A stretch of DNA of 51,673 nt from a virus (Duplodnaviria; Caudoviricetes). Of the stretch, positions 34,788 to 44,400 are shown in pieces. Below the pieces are notes generated by a model, which saw nothing but the letters and a program-made list of their open reading frames with translations, had not been told where the DNA came from and did not search any database. Every line of letters starts with the position of its first letter. Position 1 is the stretch's first letter. The position numbers were made by a program, and so were the translations under genes. The stretch lies in the IMG/VR virus record IMGVR_UViG_3300026051_000003, positions 1 to 51,673 of that record. The stretch is one strand, 5' to 3'.

Positions 34788-36077
34788 ATGAACACACTCA
34801 TACGCGATCGCGTGAAGCTACTGCGCGCCTTGCAAAAGGGCATCACCACCATGCGAGGTGACGGCAAGACTCCGTTTCGGGAAATTGATAACGTGGTGGA
34901 ATTGGTGCGAGCGATCCGGGCCGATGCCACGACCTATCTGTCCTATTCCCAGGACTGCGAGGGTCAAGTGTCCTACGCCACAAAGCCCGAGTATCGTATG
35001 GACAGCATGCACCGTACCCGTACCACGCTGGCCCGGTTCATCCGGCGGCATATGGCCTATGGCGCGGACCGAATCAGTGACCGGGTACTGAATGCACTGT
35101 GCACCAGTGTCTTTGGCACACTTGCAGACGCTGGCCAGTACATTGAAATTGTGCGAGGCGACGACATTGTGGAAGCATACGCGGATGAATTCGGTGGACA
35201 TTCGTGCATGACGGGCAGAGACTCCGAGTACACACAACTATACGCCGACAATGAGGATATAGTCGGGTTGCTCAAATACCGCAATGGTATGTGTGCACGG
35301 GCGCTGGTATGGTACCTCGAAGATGGCACAGTCTTGCTCGATCGTATCTACCCGAACGAAGGCTACCATGTAGCAGCAATCCAGGAGTACGCCAAAAACC
35401 GCGGGTGGGTGTTGCGCACACATCAGGGTATGCCTGGGGCACGCTGGTCAACGGATCGACACTATAGCGTGGAGCTAGACCACTGTGAAGGGGATTGCTT
35501 GCCGTATGCCGACTCATTCCACTACGCGACACGCCAGGACGCTAACACCTTGCGGCTGTATACCGACAATCGCGGGGACTTCGCGCTCGATTCGACCGAC
35601 GGATACCCGGAAACGAATCAGGATTCCTGCTATGCTTGCGGCGCGTCCGTTGGCGAGGATGATACCTATCCGTCACCAGATGGGGATAGCATATATTGCG
35701 ATGAATGCTACAGTGAACGGTACGGCACATGTAACCATTGCTACGAAACCGTGGCGCGTGATGATTTAACATGTATCGCCTCAAATCACGATACGGTGTG
35801 CTCTGATTGCTTGCCAAAGCATTACGCCGAATGTGAGTCCTGCGATGAATGGTTCGTACCCGAAGGGACCATCACCACCGATGAAGGGTCCGTGCATTGC
35901 CATGACTGCGCAAGCGCTAACCTGGCGCAATGCGACGGATGCGACACATACACCGACGACCCGGACACACTAACAACAGTTAGTGAGGGAAGCAACCTAT
36001 GCTCAGAGTGTGTCGAAGCCAAAGTCGCCGAAACCCAAATTATCCTGGAGTTACCATCATGCACTACCCTGAATTAG
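34788..36077 (+). CDS. protein with C-terminal tandem CxxC zinc-finger repeats
   Basis: SCM, ARALVW, LLDRIY, PY.DSF motifs then four CxxC...CxxC units. Confidence 0.8.
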   Translation: MNTLIRDRVKLLRALQKGITTMRGDGKTPFREIDNVVELVRAIRADATTYLSYSQDCEGQVSYATKPEYRMDSMHRTRTTLARFIRRHMAYGADRISDRVLNALCTSVFGTLADAGQYIEIVRGDDIVEAYADEFGGHSCMTGRDSEYTQLYADNEDIVGLLKYRNGMCARALVWYLEDGTVLLDRIYPNEGYHVAAIQEYAKNRGWVLRTHQGMPGARWSTDRHYSVELDHCEGDCLPYADSFHYATRQDANTLRLYTDNRGDFALDSTDGYPETNQDSCYACGASVGEDDTYPSPDGDSIYCDECYSERYGTCNHCYETVARDDLTCIASNHDTVCSDCLPKHYAECESCDEWFVPEGTITTDEGSVHCHDCASANLAQCDGCDTYTDDPDTLTTVSEGSNLCSECVEAKVAETQIILELPSCTTLN

Positions 36078-36928
36078 AAAAGCAAGTACGGGCGGCACTG
36101 GACTTGCCCCAATTGCGGCGGCGGTGTGAGGCACCAATTGCGGACCTGTTCGCGGCACTAAACGGCACGCTAGAAGGTAATGAGGCAGTGGGGCGACATA
36201 TGCTGCGCGACAATGGGGCGGGAATCCTGGCAGTAGCGCACCTTGACACGGTGCAGCAAATCAGCACATGGAACAAGAGTGATAACCTAATTTTCAATCC
36301 GCGCCTTGATGATCGACTCGGAGTATATACGCTCCTGGACTTGTTACCCAGACTGGGTGTGGTGGTGGATGTACTATTTACGGAAAACGAAGAAATTGGG
36401 CGCAGTACCGCGGGAGACTTCTTGCCGACAAAAGACTATCAGTGGATGGTGGAATTCGACCGATGCGGCACGGATACGGTCACATATTGCTATGACTGGA
36501 ACCTGGTGCTGCACGATTATTTCCGAATCGGGCAAGGCTCATTCTCCGATATATGCTACCTGGAACATCTAGGTTGCAAGGGTTTCAACGTCGGGATAGG
36601 CTACCAGAACGAGCACAGTTTGCAAGCATACTTTGCAGTGGACGAGTACGTTGCACAGGTTGCACGATTCCTGGCATTCTACGCCGACCACCAGGCCAGT
36701 ACATTCCTGCATACGCCGGATATGGTGTATGCCGATGTACCGTACTGGCGAGCATTTGAGGACATATCAGAAGCGGACACAGACGAACCTGTAGGCTATT
36801 GCCCGTGTTGCGAGGATGAGCGCGAGGAATGGGAGACTGAGGATTGTTGTGGCCATGTAGTGTGCCGCATATGCTCTACGGAGTGCATGCTTTACGCGGA
36901 CTTGCTCGGACACGGATTCGACACTTAA
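36059..36928 (+). CDS. M20/M28-family zinc metallopeptidase with C-terminal Zn ribbon
   Basis: AHLDTV, LDDRLG, ENEEIG, EFDR, SFSD, GY.NEH. Confidence 0.85.
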   Translation: MHYPELEKQVRAALDLPQLRRRCEAPIADLFAALNGTLEGNEAVGRHMLRDNGAGILAVAHLDTVQQISTWNKSDNLIFNPRLDDRLGVYTLLDLLPRLGVVVDVLFTENEEIGRSTAGDFLPTKDYQWMVEFDRCGTDTVTYCYDWNLVLHDYFRIGQGSFSDICYLEHLGCKGFNVGIGYQNEHSLQAYFAVDEYVAQVARFLAFYADHQASTFLHTPDMVYADVPYWRAFEDISEADTDEPVGYCPCCEDEREEWETEDCCGHVVCRICSTECMLYADLLGHGFDT

Positions 36929-37026
36929 CCGGAAAGGGGCACGCAATATGCTACGTACCTTGATGGCAATTGTCTTGTGGGTACTGTCCTGGTGGATTGA
37001 CCGCTAGGACCAACGAAAGGAAAACC

Positions 37027-37302
37027 ATGATAGGCACGCATAAAACCACTGTAACGACTGAAAACGGCATTTCTCGCGTCACGTACCACACGACGGTAAT
37101 ATTTGAGTATGACCGAAACCGCGGCACCGTGCGCCTCAACAGCGGCGGATGGCAAACCGCCACCACAAAGAAACGAATCAACCAGGCTTTTGAGTTATTC
37201 GATTTACCGTGGAGAGTCTACCAGGAGAACTTTGTATGGCGCGTTGTCGGGCCAAACGGGGCCGGGCGCGAATTCACCGACTATATGGCGTTGGAGGTAT
37301 AA
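37027..37302 (+). CDS. conserved phage early hypothetical protein
   Basis: YH.T.I...LNSGGWQTATTKKRIN. Confidence 0.75.
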   Translation: MIGTHKTTVTTENGISRVTYHTTVIFEYDRNRGTVRLNSGGWQTATTKKRINQAFELFDLPWRVYQENFVWRVVGPNGAGREFTDYMALEV

Positions 37303-37402
37303 CCATGTATGACGATCAAGACCTTATCACGCTATGGCTCTGTATCGGACTTTCAATTGTGCTTCTTGTGGCTTTCGGGGCCGCTGTCGCAGGAGTGTAC
37401 TG

Positions 37403-37708
37403 ATGCGCGTGTACCTAGACGATGTTCGTTCGGCGCCCGAAGGATGGATACGTGTAAGGCGCCCACAAAACGCAATACGGCTGCTGGAAACTGGTCTCGT
37501 CACCCATATCAGCGTAGACCATGACCTTGGTAATGACAGAGAGAGTGGCTATACCGTACTATGCTGGATTGAAGAAAAGGTGATGACGGCTGAGTTTAAG
37601 CCGCCGCAAATAACCGTACATACAGCGAATCCCGCCGCGGCCCCAAAAATGCACGCATGCGTCCGGGCCATTTTACGGTTCAGCGATGAAACGAAAGGAC
37701 GTGTATAA
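37403..37708 (+). CDS. cyclic-phosphate-processing receiver-like domain protein
   Basis: VYLDDVR..P.GW, ISVDHDLG, GY, VHTANP. Confidence 0.8.
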   Translation: MRVYLDDVRSAPEGWIRVRRPQNAIRLLETGLVTHISVDHDLGNDRESGYTVLCWIEEKVMTAEFKPPQITVHTANPAAAPKMHACVRAILRFSDETKGRV

Positions 37709-37868
37709 TGCAACACGAACGGACTTTATTGCAATGCTTGATCCGGGCTATGTGGAACAGTAAGCACGACTTTATCCGGGCACATGACCAGGCGCTATAC
37801 CATGCCGCACGATACTACGCGGCACAATATGAAGGGTTCCGGGCCCTCATTCGGAAGGTTGCCGGCGT

Positions 37869-38078
37869 ATGACCCTCGCAGAATTCATTAACGCACTGGA
37901 GCCCGCAAAGCCCGCGTACAACTACGCCGTTTCAAGCGTGGAGCGCAACATGTTCCGCGCCAACGTGTTGCGAGCGGCCGGCGCGGAAGGTTTCACGGGC
38001 GCGGACCTGGCACAAATCGTGCGCGTGATGGAGGATAAGATTGCACGCACCCCGTACCAGAACTGGAGTGGCGATTAG
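37869..38078 (+). CDS. hypothetical protein
   Basis: ATGA-coupled ORF in early array. Confidence 0.6.
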   Translation: MTLAEFINALEPAKPAYNYAVSSVERNMFRANVLRAAGAEGFTGADLAQIVRVMEDKIARTPYQNWSGD

Positions 38079-38263
38079 CTAACGCTCGCAGAAAGGCAAG
38101 GCATGAACGAACCCCAAAACCCTGTGCGGGCAGAAATCGCGGCGGTGCTGCGCGACCTCCGCAAAAACCCGGCATACACCAGCAACGCGGCGCGGCGCAC
38201 AATGGCCGCCGCATTGCTCGAAACACGCGGCATCAAATGGCCGACAACCCAGGAAGGTGACGA

Positions 38264-38692
38264 ATGAAGATCGTAATCAACGCTTGCTTTGGCGGCTTTA
38301 GCTTATCCCATAAAGGGGTGATGCGCTATTTGGAGTTGTGCAAAAAACAGGTATGGCTCGAACCTGGGACGTCCCAGATATCGGGACTGCCAACCTATTG
38401 GCTTGTACCGCCGGACAAGCGCCAAAAAGAAATGACGTCGAAAGAATGGGCGGCAGCTTCACTAGCAGAACGCCAAGAACATAATAAAATCAGTGCCGAG
38501 CAGACCCTATATGATCAAGATATACCCCGCGATGACCCAAACCTTGTACAAGTCGTCGAAGAACTAGGGAGTGACGCCGATGGACGTTGCGCAGAGCTGC
38601 GTATTGTCGAAATTCCAGACGGCACAAACTGGGAAATAGACGAATATGACGGGTATGAGCACGTCGCCGAAGTACACCGAACCTGGAGGTAG
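38264..38692 (+). CDS. conserved phage hypothetical protein
   Basis: MKIVIN.CFGGFSLS...R.DP.LVQVVEELG...EYDG.E. Confidence 0.8.
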   Translation: MKIVINACFGGFSLSHKGVMRYLELCKKQVWLEPGTSQISGLPTYWLVPPDKRQKEMTSKEWAAASLAERQEHNKISAEQTLYDQDIPRDDPNLVQVVEELGSDADGRCAELRIVEIPDGTNWEIDEYDGYEHVAEVHRTWR

Positions 38693-38847
38693 CAAATGAC
38701 CCCGTACGAAAAATCCGCACGCCGCATTGAGCGCACCCATCGCATTGCCCTGACCGTGCAACTCACGCTATGGGGGGCGGCGGTAACCCTGGCAATCCTT
38801 GGACTGCACACGTACTTTGCCTGGATGCGTCTGGAGCTGATGTATTA

Positions 38848-39048
38848 ATGAAAAAGATTCGATACCGTATTAAGCATTGTGATCACCCCATCTGGCCCGG
38901 CATCCGCGGCTATTTCTATGCGGAACGGCGCGAGCCCTGGCCCTTCAAATCCTGGATATTTGTATGGGGGTCAATTCACAGAACCCCGGACGAAGTAGAG
39001 ACGTTCGTGCGCGGTGCAATCGTCAAATACATAGAGGTAGAAGAGTGA
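38848..39048 (+). CDS. hypothetical protein
   Basis: TAATG coupling. Confidence 0.55.
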   Translation: MKKIRYRIKHCDHPIWPGIRGYFYAERREPWPFKSWIFVWGSIHRTPDEVETFVRGAIVKYIEVEE

Positions 39049-39290
39049 GCTGTCTATACTGCTATTCATGCAACCAACTCGTGGACACGGACGATGCCCC
39101 GGATGGGTGCAAATCGTGCCAGGACAAAGGGATGCTATGGTGCTGGGGTTGTGGGCGCGGCTACGAACCGCTGGCATGCCCCAAAATCCGGGACGAGCAC
39201 ACGCACCATATCGTGGGCGCCTTGTGCCCTGAAGGCCACGCATACCCCGGCACCGTCAAGCAAGACCTGGAGGATTTAGGATGGACATAG
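39045..39290 (+). CDS. Cys-rich Zn-binding hypothetical protein
   Basis: Multiple CxxC; GTGA coupling. Confidence 0.6.
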   Translation: MSCLYCYSCNQLVDTDDAPDGCKSCQDKGMLWCWGCGRGYEPLACPKIRDEHTHHIVGALCPEGHAYPGTVKQDLEDLGWT

Positions 39291-39643
39291 TGCACGGCTA
39301 CGTATTGCTGCGGCGGGACCGGGCCGGCAAGTACCGCTCCCTGTACGGATGGACAGATGATGTCTACCAGCTCGGGCAATGGTTCAAGTCCACCAGCGGC
39401 CCCGGATTCCATATGTGGACAACATTGTATGATGTACAAAAATACATACATATGAGCCATGCAGATGATATGTATGCACTTGTGGCCGTCGAAGCCGCAG
39501 GCCGGCACTTGATTTCGCGCAGTCGAGGCCTTTTACTGGACGGCACATACCACCCCATCCTAATCGTGCGCGAACGGATGTTGCGGCACGAAGTGCAAAC
39601 CCTAGCGGAAGGACCGACATGGAACCATGCAAATGGATCGTGA
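39281..39643 (+). CDS. hypothetical protein
   Basis: GGAGG SD; GPGFH motif. Confidence 0.6.
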   Translation: MDIVHGYVLLRRDRAGKYRSLYGWTDDVYQLGQWFKSTSGPGFHMWTTLYDVQKYIHMSHADDMYALVAVEAAGRHLISRSRGLLLDGTYHPILIVRERMLRHEVQTLAEGPTWNHANGS

Positions 39644-39864
39644 TGGAGTACAACTACGACGCCACCGGGCCAAATGCAATACGGCCCATTGCAATTTGCG
39701 GCGACCACGAAGCCGCGCTCCTGGACGCCGGCGCCCGCAACGATGCGTGCGGGGCCTGGCCCGAGAAGCATGACGAGCTGAGCGGCCCGCCGCCGCGCCG
39801 GTACGCGGTGCTGGAAGTGCCTTACGTGGCGGGACCACTGGAAGGCGTGCTGCGGAATATCTAG
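39619..39864 (+). CDS. hypothetical protein
   Basis: Last ORF of early array. Confidence 0.6.
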   Translation: MEPCKWIVMEYNYDATGPNAIRPIAICGDHEAALLDAGARNDACGAWPEKHDELSGPPPRRYAVLEVPYVAGPLEGVLRNI

Positions 39865-40119
39865 CAATGTGTGGGTTAAATGACCCGCTGTAGAATATTC
39901 TACACCCTATTCGCAAAATGCAACATTCGTGCAAAATAGCAACTGCCGGCCCCGCAAGGCCTTACGCGCGCGCCGCCGGCCTCGCTCATGCACCCATGCT
40001 GCATGGTTCATGTCTATATCTAAGTAAGCTTGTAAGCATATAAATACTATACCTCTTACTTAGATTACCCATATACAGCTACGCAGTATAGGGGTTAACT
40101 TAGATACATGCATGGCGCA

Positions 40120-40135
40120 TGGCATGCATGTTGCT
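40120..40135 (+). promoter_or_regulatory. sigma54-type -24/-12 promoter, replication operon
   Basis: TGGCATGCATGTTGCT (GG-N10-GC). Confidence 0.6.
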
Positions 40136-40222
40136 GGTATCTTCACCAGAAGGTTTGTATGTGTTGGTTGTTTTGCCGCGCCCGCCGCGAAGTGGGCAGT
40201 GCCGCGGACCCAGGATGCGCAG

Positions 40223-40328
40223 GAAGGCCCCAAATTTCGACGGAGAGCGACGATCATGGGGCACCCCGACTACTGATATGCCGCGGATGATTTGAGGGCC
40301 TTAGAATCGAGATATGGAGGTTTTACGG
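40223..40328. repeat. ~100-bp element, copy B (inverted relative to copy A)
   Basis: GAAGGCCCCAAATTTC and GCCTTAG-N4-GAGATATGGA shared with reverse complement of 33273-33366. Confidence 0.65.
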
Positions 40329-40329
40329 T

Positions 40330-40866
40330 ATGGAGAAAAAATTCAAGATTGGTGAAACTGTGTTCCGGGCCGATTATGGCCGGGAAGAGTACTGGGTTGA
40401 ATGCCCCGATTGCGGGGGGTCCACGAAAATCCACGTTACGCTTGCGGATGGCTCGGTGTGGGCGATAGCGTGTAGGGGTTGCGATCCGGGCGGGTACAGG
40501 CCCTCCTTGGGCATAATTCGCCAAACGCGGTTCGCGGTCCGCGCCACGTCGCATTGCATTATTGGAATTGACGAGGGTCTGGACACGTTGGAATATAAAC
40601 TTGAGTCGTCTTCTGGCGGCTGGTATTGCCATACTCCGGACAGCGTTTTTGCGACGGAGGCGGAAGCTATTGCTTACGGCAATCTCCAAAAGCAGAAGCG
40701 TGAAGCGGAAGAAAACAAACGCTTTATGGCGAAGACCAAGGACACCAAGTCCTGGGCATGGAATCTCGCATACCATCGCCGGGAAGCAAAGCGGGCTGAA
40801 ACGGACTTGGCCCATCACCAGGCAAAAGCAGCAATTTGTAAGGAACATGTCAAGGACGAAAAGTAG
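40330..40866 (+). CDS. hypothetical protein with Zn ribbon
   Basis: KFKIGETV, CPDCGG...CRGC, VFAT.AEA. Confidence 0.75.
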   Translation: MEKKFKIGETVFRADYGREEYWVECPDCGGSTKIHVTLADGSVWAIACRGCDPGGYRPSLGIIRQTRFAVRATSHCIIGIDEGLDTLEYKLESSSGGWYCHTPDSVFATEAEAIAYGNLQKQKREAEENKRFMAKTKDTKSWAWNLAYHRREAKRAETDLAHHQAKAAICKEHVKDEK

Positions 40867-40877
40867 GAGGTTCAGGT

Positions 40878-41057
40878 ATGGCGGATAAAGAACGGTATTG
40901 TATCGTCGAGATCGAGATACAGGCGGAAGGCGATTTGCACGCCGAACAGCGCCGGTTTGTGGTGGACGGCGAACGGCTCCTGGAAGAGATCGAAGGCGTT
41001 TTCGAGCAGTACGCCGGCATTATGACGCGCAGCGAAGTCAAGGTGTACTTGGCGTAA
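40878..41057 (+). CDS. small acidic hypothetical protein
   Basis: AGGAGG SD. Confidence 0.65.
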   Translation: MADKERYCIVEIEIQAEGDLHAEQRRFVVDGERLLEEIEGVFEQYAGIMTRSEVKVYLA

Positions 41058-41084
41058 GGTAAACCAAGCATGGAGGTTGACGTT

Positions 41085-41282
41085 ATGGCGGATAAATTAC
41101 TTGATCCCACGTTGTTGGACGATGCGGTCAAGGTGGGATTGTCGATGCCGGGCTACGCTTTGCTTCAGTGGGATTTTGACGCTATTCAGTACGCGCGATC
41201 CTCGCATCAACTGCCGGTGGATGTAATCGACCTGATCTTGGCGTGGCGGGACGCGAGCCTCAAGGACCGCGGGCTGGCGTGA
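41085..41282 (+). CDS. hypothetical protein
   Basis: GGAGG SD. Confidence 0.65.
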   Translation: MADKLLDPTLLDDAVKVGLSMPGYALLQWDFDAIQYARSSHQLPVDVIDLILAWRDASLKDRGLA

Positions 41283-41334
41283 AACTTGCACCTCAGCACC
41301 GAGCGTAGCTCCCAACGAACACGGAGGTTTTGAT

Positions 41335-41706
41335 ATGGCAGCACGTTGCAAAAAGCACGATCCGAACATGGTCTCGCACGAGACGATTAACAACGCGATA
41401 CGGGTTTTGGATAAGGGCTACGGAGACTGTGTTAATTTTAAGGCAGCAGTCGAGAAGTTTCGAGAGCTTACTGGCGTGAAGCTGCTTCCGCGAATCGCAA
41501 GGCCCGGTGACGAGGTTTGGTGGATTGGTGGCTCGCCAAAAGAGCGGTGCCTTGTCCTGCAGCGCGCCGCATCGCCAGGATTTCGAGATATGGAGTCGAA
41601 TGAAATTCCCTTGTGGTCTAGTATGGAGGGGTTCTTTGTTGGGCGTTGTACCAACCTAAACTATACCTTTGCGGACGAGACACCAGTCGCGGGCTATGAT
41701 GGCTGA
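41335..41706 (+). CDS. hypothetical protein, paralog family member 1
   Basis: GGAGG SD; RPGDEV...DETPVAGYD. Confidence 0.7.
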   Translation: MAARCKKHDPNMVSHETINNAIRVLDKGYGDCVNFKAAVEKFRELTGVKLLPRIARPGDEVWWIGGSPKERCLVLQRAASPGFRDMESNEIPLWSSMEGFFVGRCTNLNYTFADETPVAGYDG

Positions 41707-41881
41707 CACCAAGCTGCGGGACTTGTGGCGGGCGGCATCCCGCGCCCTGGACCAGGCCCGCCGCACGGGCCGCGCGGAGGATTGGGCCGCATGGGGCGGG
41801 CGGTACGCGGAGTATATCGCCGCGAAACTTAAAGACCTGGAGGACGATCATGGCAACGAAGAAACGGACATTGGCATATGA
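41699..41881 (+). CDS. hypothetical protein
   Basis: Overlapping coupled ORF, GC-rich. Confidence 0.55.
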   Translation: MADTKLRDLWRAASRALDQARRTGRAEDWAAWGGRYAEYIAAKLKDLEDDHGNEETDIGI

Positions 41882-42197
41882 TTGGTCGAGGCTTGGGGAT
41901 TACGGGGATGCAGTGCGGGACCTGTTTGTGGCATTAGGGTATGTTGTTGTCGAGCCAAAGCCAAAGGGTGTTGTGGCGACGCCCGGCATGGAGGTTTTTT
42001 GGAAACTGTCTCGGACTACTTGTCTCCGGACTCGCATTGTAAGTACTGAGAGTTACGCGGCCAAATTCGGGGCTGACAATATGGGGGTAATGATCCCCTT
42101 TTTAAATGACAGGGGGCGTGTGGACGGGCATGACGCCGAATATTTCACCACCCTGGACGGACAGCCTATCATTGGCTACGAGGACCCCGATGCTTAA
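41850..42197 (+). CDS. hypothetical protein, paralog family member 2
   Basis: GGAGG SD; TPGMEV...DGQPIIGYE. Confidence 0.7.
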   Translation: MATKKRTLAYDWSRLGDYGDAVRDLFVALGYVVVEPKPKGVVATPGMEVFWKLSRTTCLRTRIVSTESYAAKFGADNMGVMIPFLNDRGRVDGHDAEYFTTLDGQPIIGYEDPDA

Positions 42198-42405
42198 GAC
42201 AATCCGCTTGCCGGAAAACGTGGTGCGGGCGGTCATCCTGTACGAGGACGGCGCCGGCGCGCCGGGGTCCGAGATTGTGGGCGACCAGGATATCGGGCGC
42301 GTGCGGGTGCTGCTGGCGACCGCTTTAGTCAATATGGACCGGGAGTTGCTGGCGCGGCGTGTGGTGGAGTTGCTGCGGGCGGACACGACGGAGGTAGAGG
42401 GATGA
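42190..42405 (+). CDS. hypothetical protein
   Basis: GAGG SD. Confidence 0.6.
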   Translation: MLKTIRLPENVVRAVILYEDGAGAPGSEIVGDQDIGRVRVLLATALVNMDRELLARRVVELLRADTTEVEG

Positions 42406-42797
42406 GCGATAAATATCCCCGGACATCTGACGCGATGGTCGATGAGTGGGCAGACGCGCCCGTGGAAGAGAGATATACTAGCATGCTCTATGGGAGGCTT
42501 GTTTTTATGGCGCGCGACCTCCGAGATGCCAAAGCCCTGCTCGCCGCGAAGGACATGGATCTGCGCAAGGCTAGGCAGAGTCTTCATTTTGCCGAAGCAC
42601 GAATCGAGAGAGACGCGGCACGAATTGAGGAACTGCGGCTGTATACCGACAAGGCGCAACGGTTCTTTTCTATCAAAACCGATCCTATGGGGTGTGCTGT
42701 GAACGACGCGGAGTTTGATGAGCACTCAGACCTTGGCAGATTCCTTTCGACCTATCTCCGTCAGACCCCCGACGGCTGGCGGCTGGAGAAGGAGTGA
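42402..42797 (+). CDS. coiled-coil hypothetical protein
   Basis: ATGA coupling. Confidence 0.65.
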   Translation: MSDKYPRTSDAMVDEWADAPVEERYTSMLYGRLVFMARDLRDAKALLAAKDMDLRKARQSLHFAEARIERDAARIEELRLYTDKAQRFFSIKTDPMGCAVNDAEFDEHSDLGRFLSTYLRQTPDGWRLEKE

Positions 42798-42985
42798 CAA
42801 TGTGGATTGTTCTGATGCTGGTGCAGGATCGCACTTACGTCCTGTCAGACGATGATGTGCCTGCTACGTTCGCGACGCAGTATTGCGCGTGGGATGCAGC
42901 GGAAAAATCAATCTTGTACTCGGCGGCCAGTAAAGTGTGGCTGGTTGATATGTTAACTGGAGCAATCGAAAGCGGGATAGAGTGA
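42794..42985 (+). CDS. hypothetical protein
   Basis: GTGA coupling. Confidence 0.55.
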   Translation: MTMWIVLMLVQDRTYVLSDDDVPATFATQYCAWDAAEKSILYSAASKVWLVDMLTGAIESGIE

Positions 42986-43188
42986 TGGCAGAAGCGACGT
43001 TACTACCGCGCGGCTTGTCAAACCGCGACGCATGGCTGAGAGCCCGCGCGGCCGAACTGATGAACGAGATCACGCGTCACTGGAGCGCGTTCGGATTGGA
43101 CGGACTCAACAGGCCGCTGCGCGGACTGCTGTTGGAGTTGGCCGAAGTACTCGAACTACTGGAGTGTTCGGGGAGACGATTACCATAA
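42982..43188 (+). CDS. hypothetical protein
   Basis: GTGA coupling. Confidence 0.55.
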   Translation: MMAEATLLPRGLSNRDAWLRARAAELMNEITRHWSAFGLDGLNRPLRGLLLELAEVLELLECSGRRLP

Positions 43189-43204
43189 CGAAAGGACTGT
43201 TCGA

Positions 43205-43402
43205 ATGAGCGCAAGTAAACAAGTGTCTGTCCAATTCCCGGCAATCACGTTGCTAGGCGTAGCGTTTGTAGTGTTAAAGCTGTGCCATGTCATTAACTGG
43301 TCGTGGTGGTGGGTTACTGCGCCATTTTGGGGAGGGATTGCGGTATTGCTTGTGCTTCTGGTACTTGCCGGGATTCTTGCCGCGATCTTAAAGTCAAGAT
43401 GA
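43205..43402 (+). CDS. small phage membrane protein
   Basis: LL...FVVLKL..VI.WSWWWV.AP.W pattern. Confidence 0.8.
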   Translation: MSASKQVSVQFPAITLLGVAFVVLKLCHVINWSWWWVTAPFWGGIAVLLVLLVLAGILAAILKSR

Positions 43403-43890
43403 ACCTGGACGAATTGGTGCGCCAGCACCATGCTGAGGCGGTGTGCATCGCGGAGCAATGGGCGCCCGCCGGCAGCGCGGAGGACGTCGTGCAAAATGCA
43501 TGGATCGCGGCCCTGGAGCACCCGGATCGCGTGCCGGACGATCCGCGGCACTTCATGCGCTGGTTCGTGCGGGTGCTGCGGAACCAGGCCAGCAACATGC
43601 GGAGCGGCCTCCAGACCGGGCGCACGGGCAGCGAATTGGAGTGGCGCAACCGTCCGCTCCGGGACGTGTACACGGTGCCGCCGACCGCTGACGTGGCATG
43701 CGAATTGCAGGAGATGCTGGAGAAGATGCGGGGCATGGTGCCGGGACGTCGGCAAATGCTACTGGCAGCGATGCAGGGGTACACACACGCGGAAATGGCC
43801 GCGGAAGAGGGCATCAGCGAATGGGGGTCGCGTTGCAAGTTGCGGCGCGCACGGCTGCAATTGAGGGCATTATGCGAGGGGAACGAATGA
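43399..43890 (+). CDS. ECF-type sigma-70 family sigma factor
   Basis: AEDVVQNAW, F..WF.RVLRN (region 2); GYTHAEMA...GIS...R..L.RAR (region 4). Confidence 0.85.
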   Translation: MNLDELVRQHHAEAVCIAEQWAPAGSAEDVVQNAWIAALEHPDRVPDDPRHFMRWFVRVLRNQASNMRSGLQTGRTGSELEWRNRPLRDVYTVPPTADVACELQEMLEKMRGMVPGRRQMLLAAMQGYTHAEMAAEEGISEWGSRCKLRRARLQLRALCEGNE

Positions 43891-44246
43891 ATATCAACGG
43901 GACGCGGGCGGAGTTGAAGTTCGGGGACTGGTTGCTGGAGCGCCGGTACGAAGTTTTTTACCCGTGCGGGCCGGGCGGCACCGCGGACATTGTGTGGCGC
44001 GCTGGTCCGGGCGAACCGTGGCGGTCCGCGCAGGTCAAGAAACCATATTACCGCGCCGGAGAAAAGGTGCCGAGTGTCAAGCTGCGCCGCAGTGATGGCG
44101 GGAAGTACGCGCCCGGCGACGCGGACTATTTCGCGTGCGTGGACTACGAGCAGGGGTATCTGTGGATGATTCCGCTGCATGAAGCGTGTATGTACGGCGA
44201 TTTGCGGCTGCAGAAAGACTGGCTTAGATTTAGGAGAGGGTTATGA
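43887..44246 (+). CDS. PD-(D/E)XK endonuclease (homing-type)
   Basis: G..AE...V..P...ADIV...QVK...Y...D.DYFA. Confidence 0.8.
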   Translation: MNINGTRAELKFGDWLLERRYEVFYPCGPGGTADIVWRAGPGEPWRSAQVKKPYYRAGEKVPSVKLRRSDGGKYAPGDADYFACVDYEQGYLWMIPLHEACMYGDLRLQKDWLRFRRGL

Positions 44247-44400
44247 GAACGCTTACAGCAGTTTGGATTGTCTGGACCCTCGGTATGTGTGCAGGGTACA
44301 TGGCAGTATTGGAGTGGCCAACATGGGCTGGAGTTGTGACCGGGTTTGTGAGTATGCTGCTGTCCTTGATTCTCTTCTACTTGATCGCGGATGACGCGCG

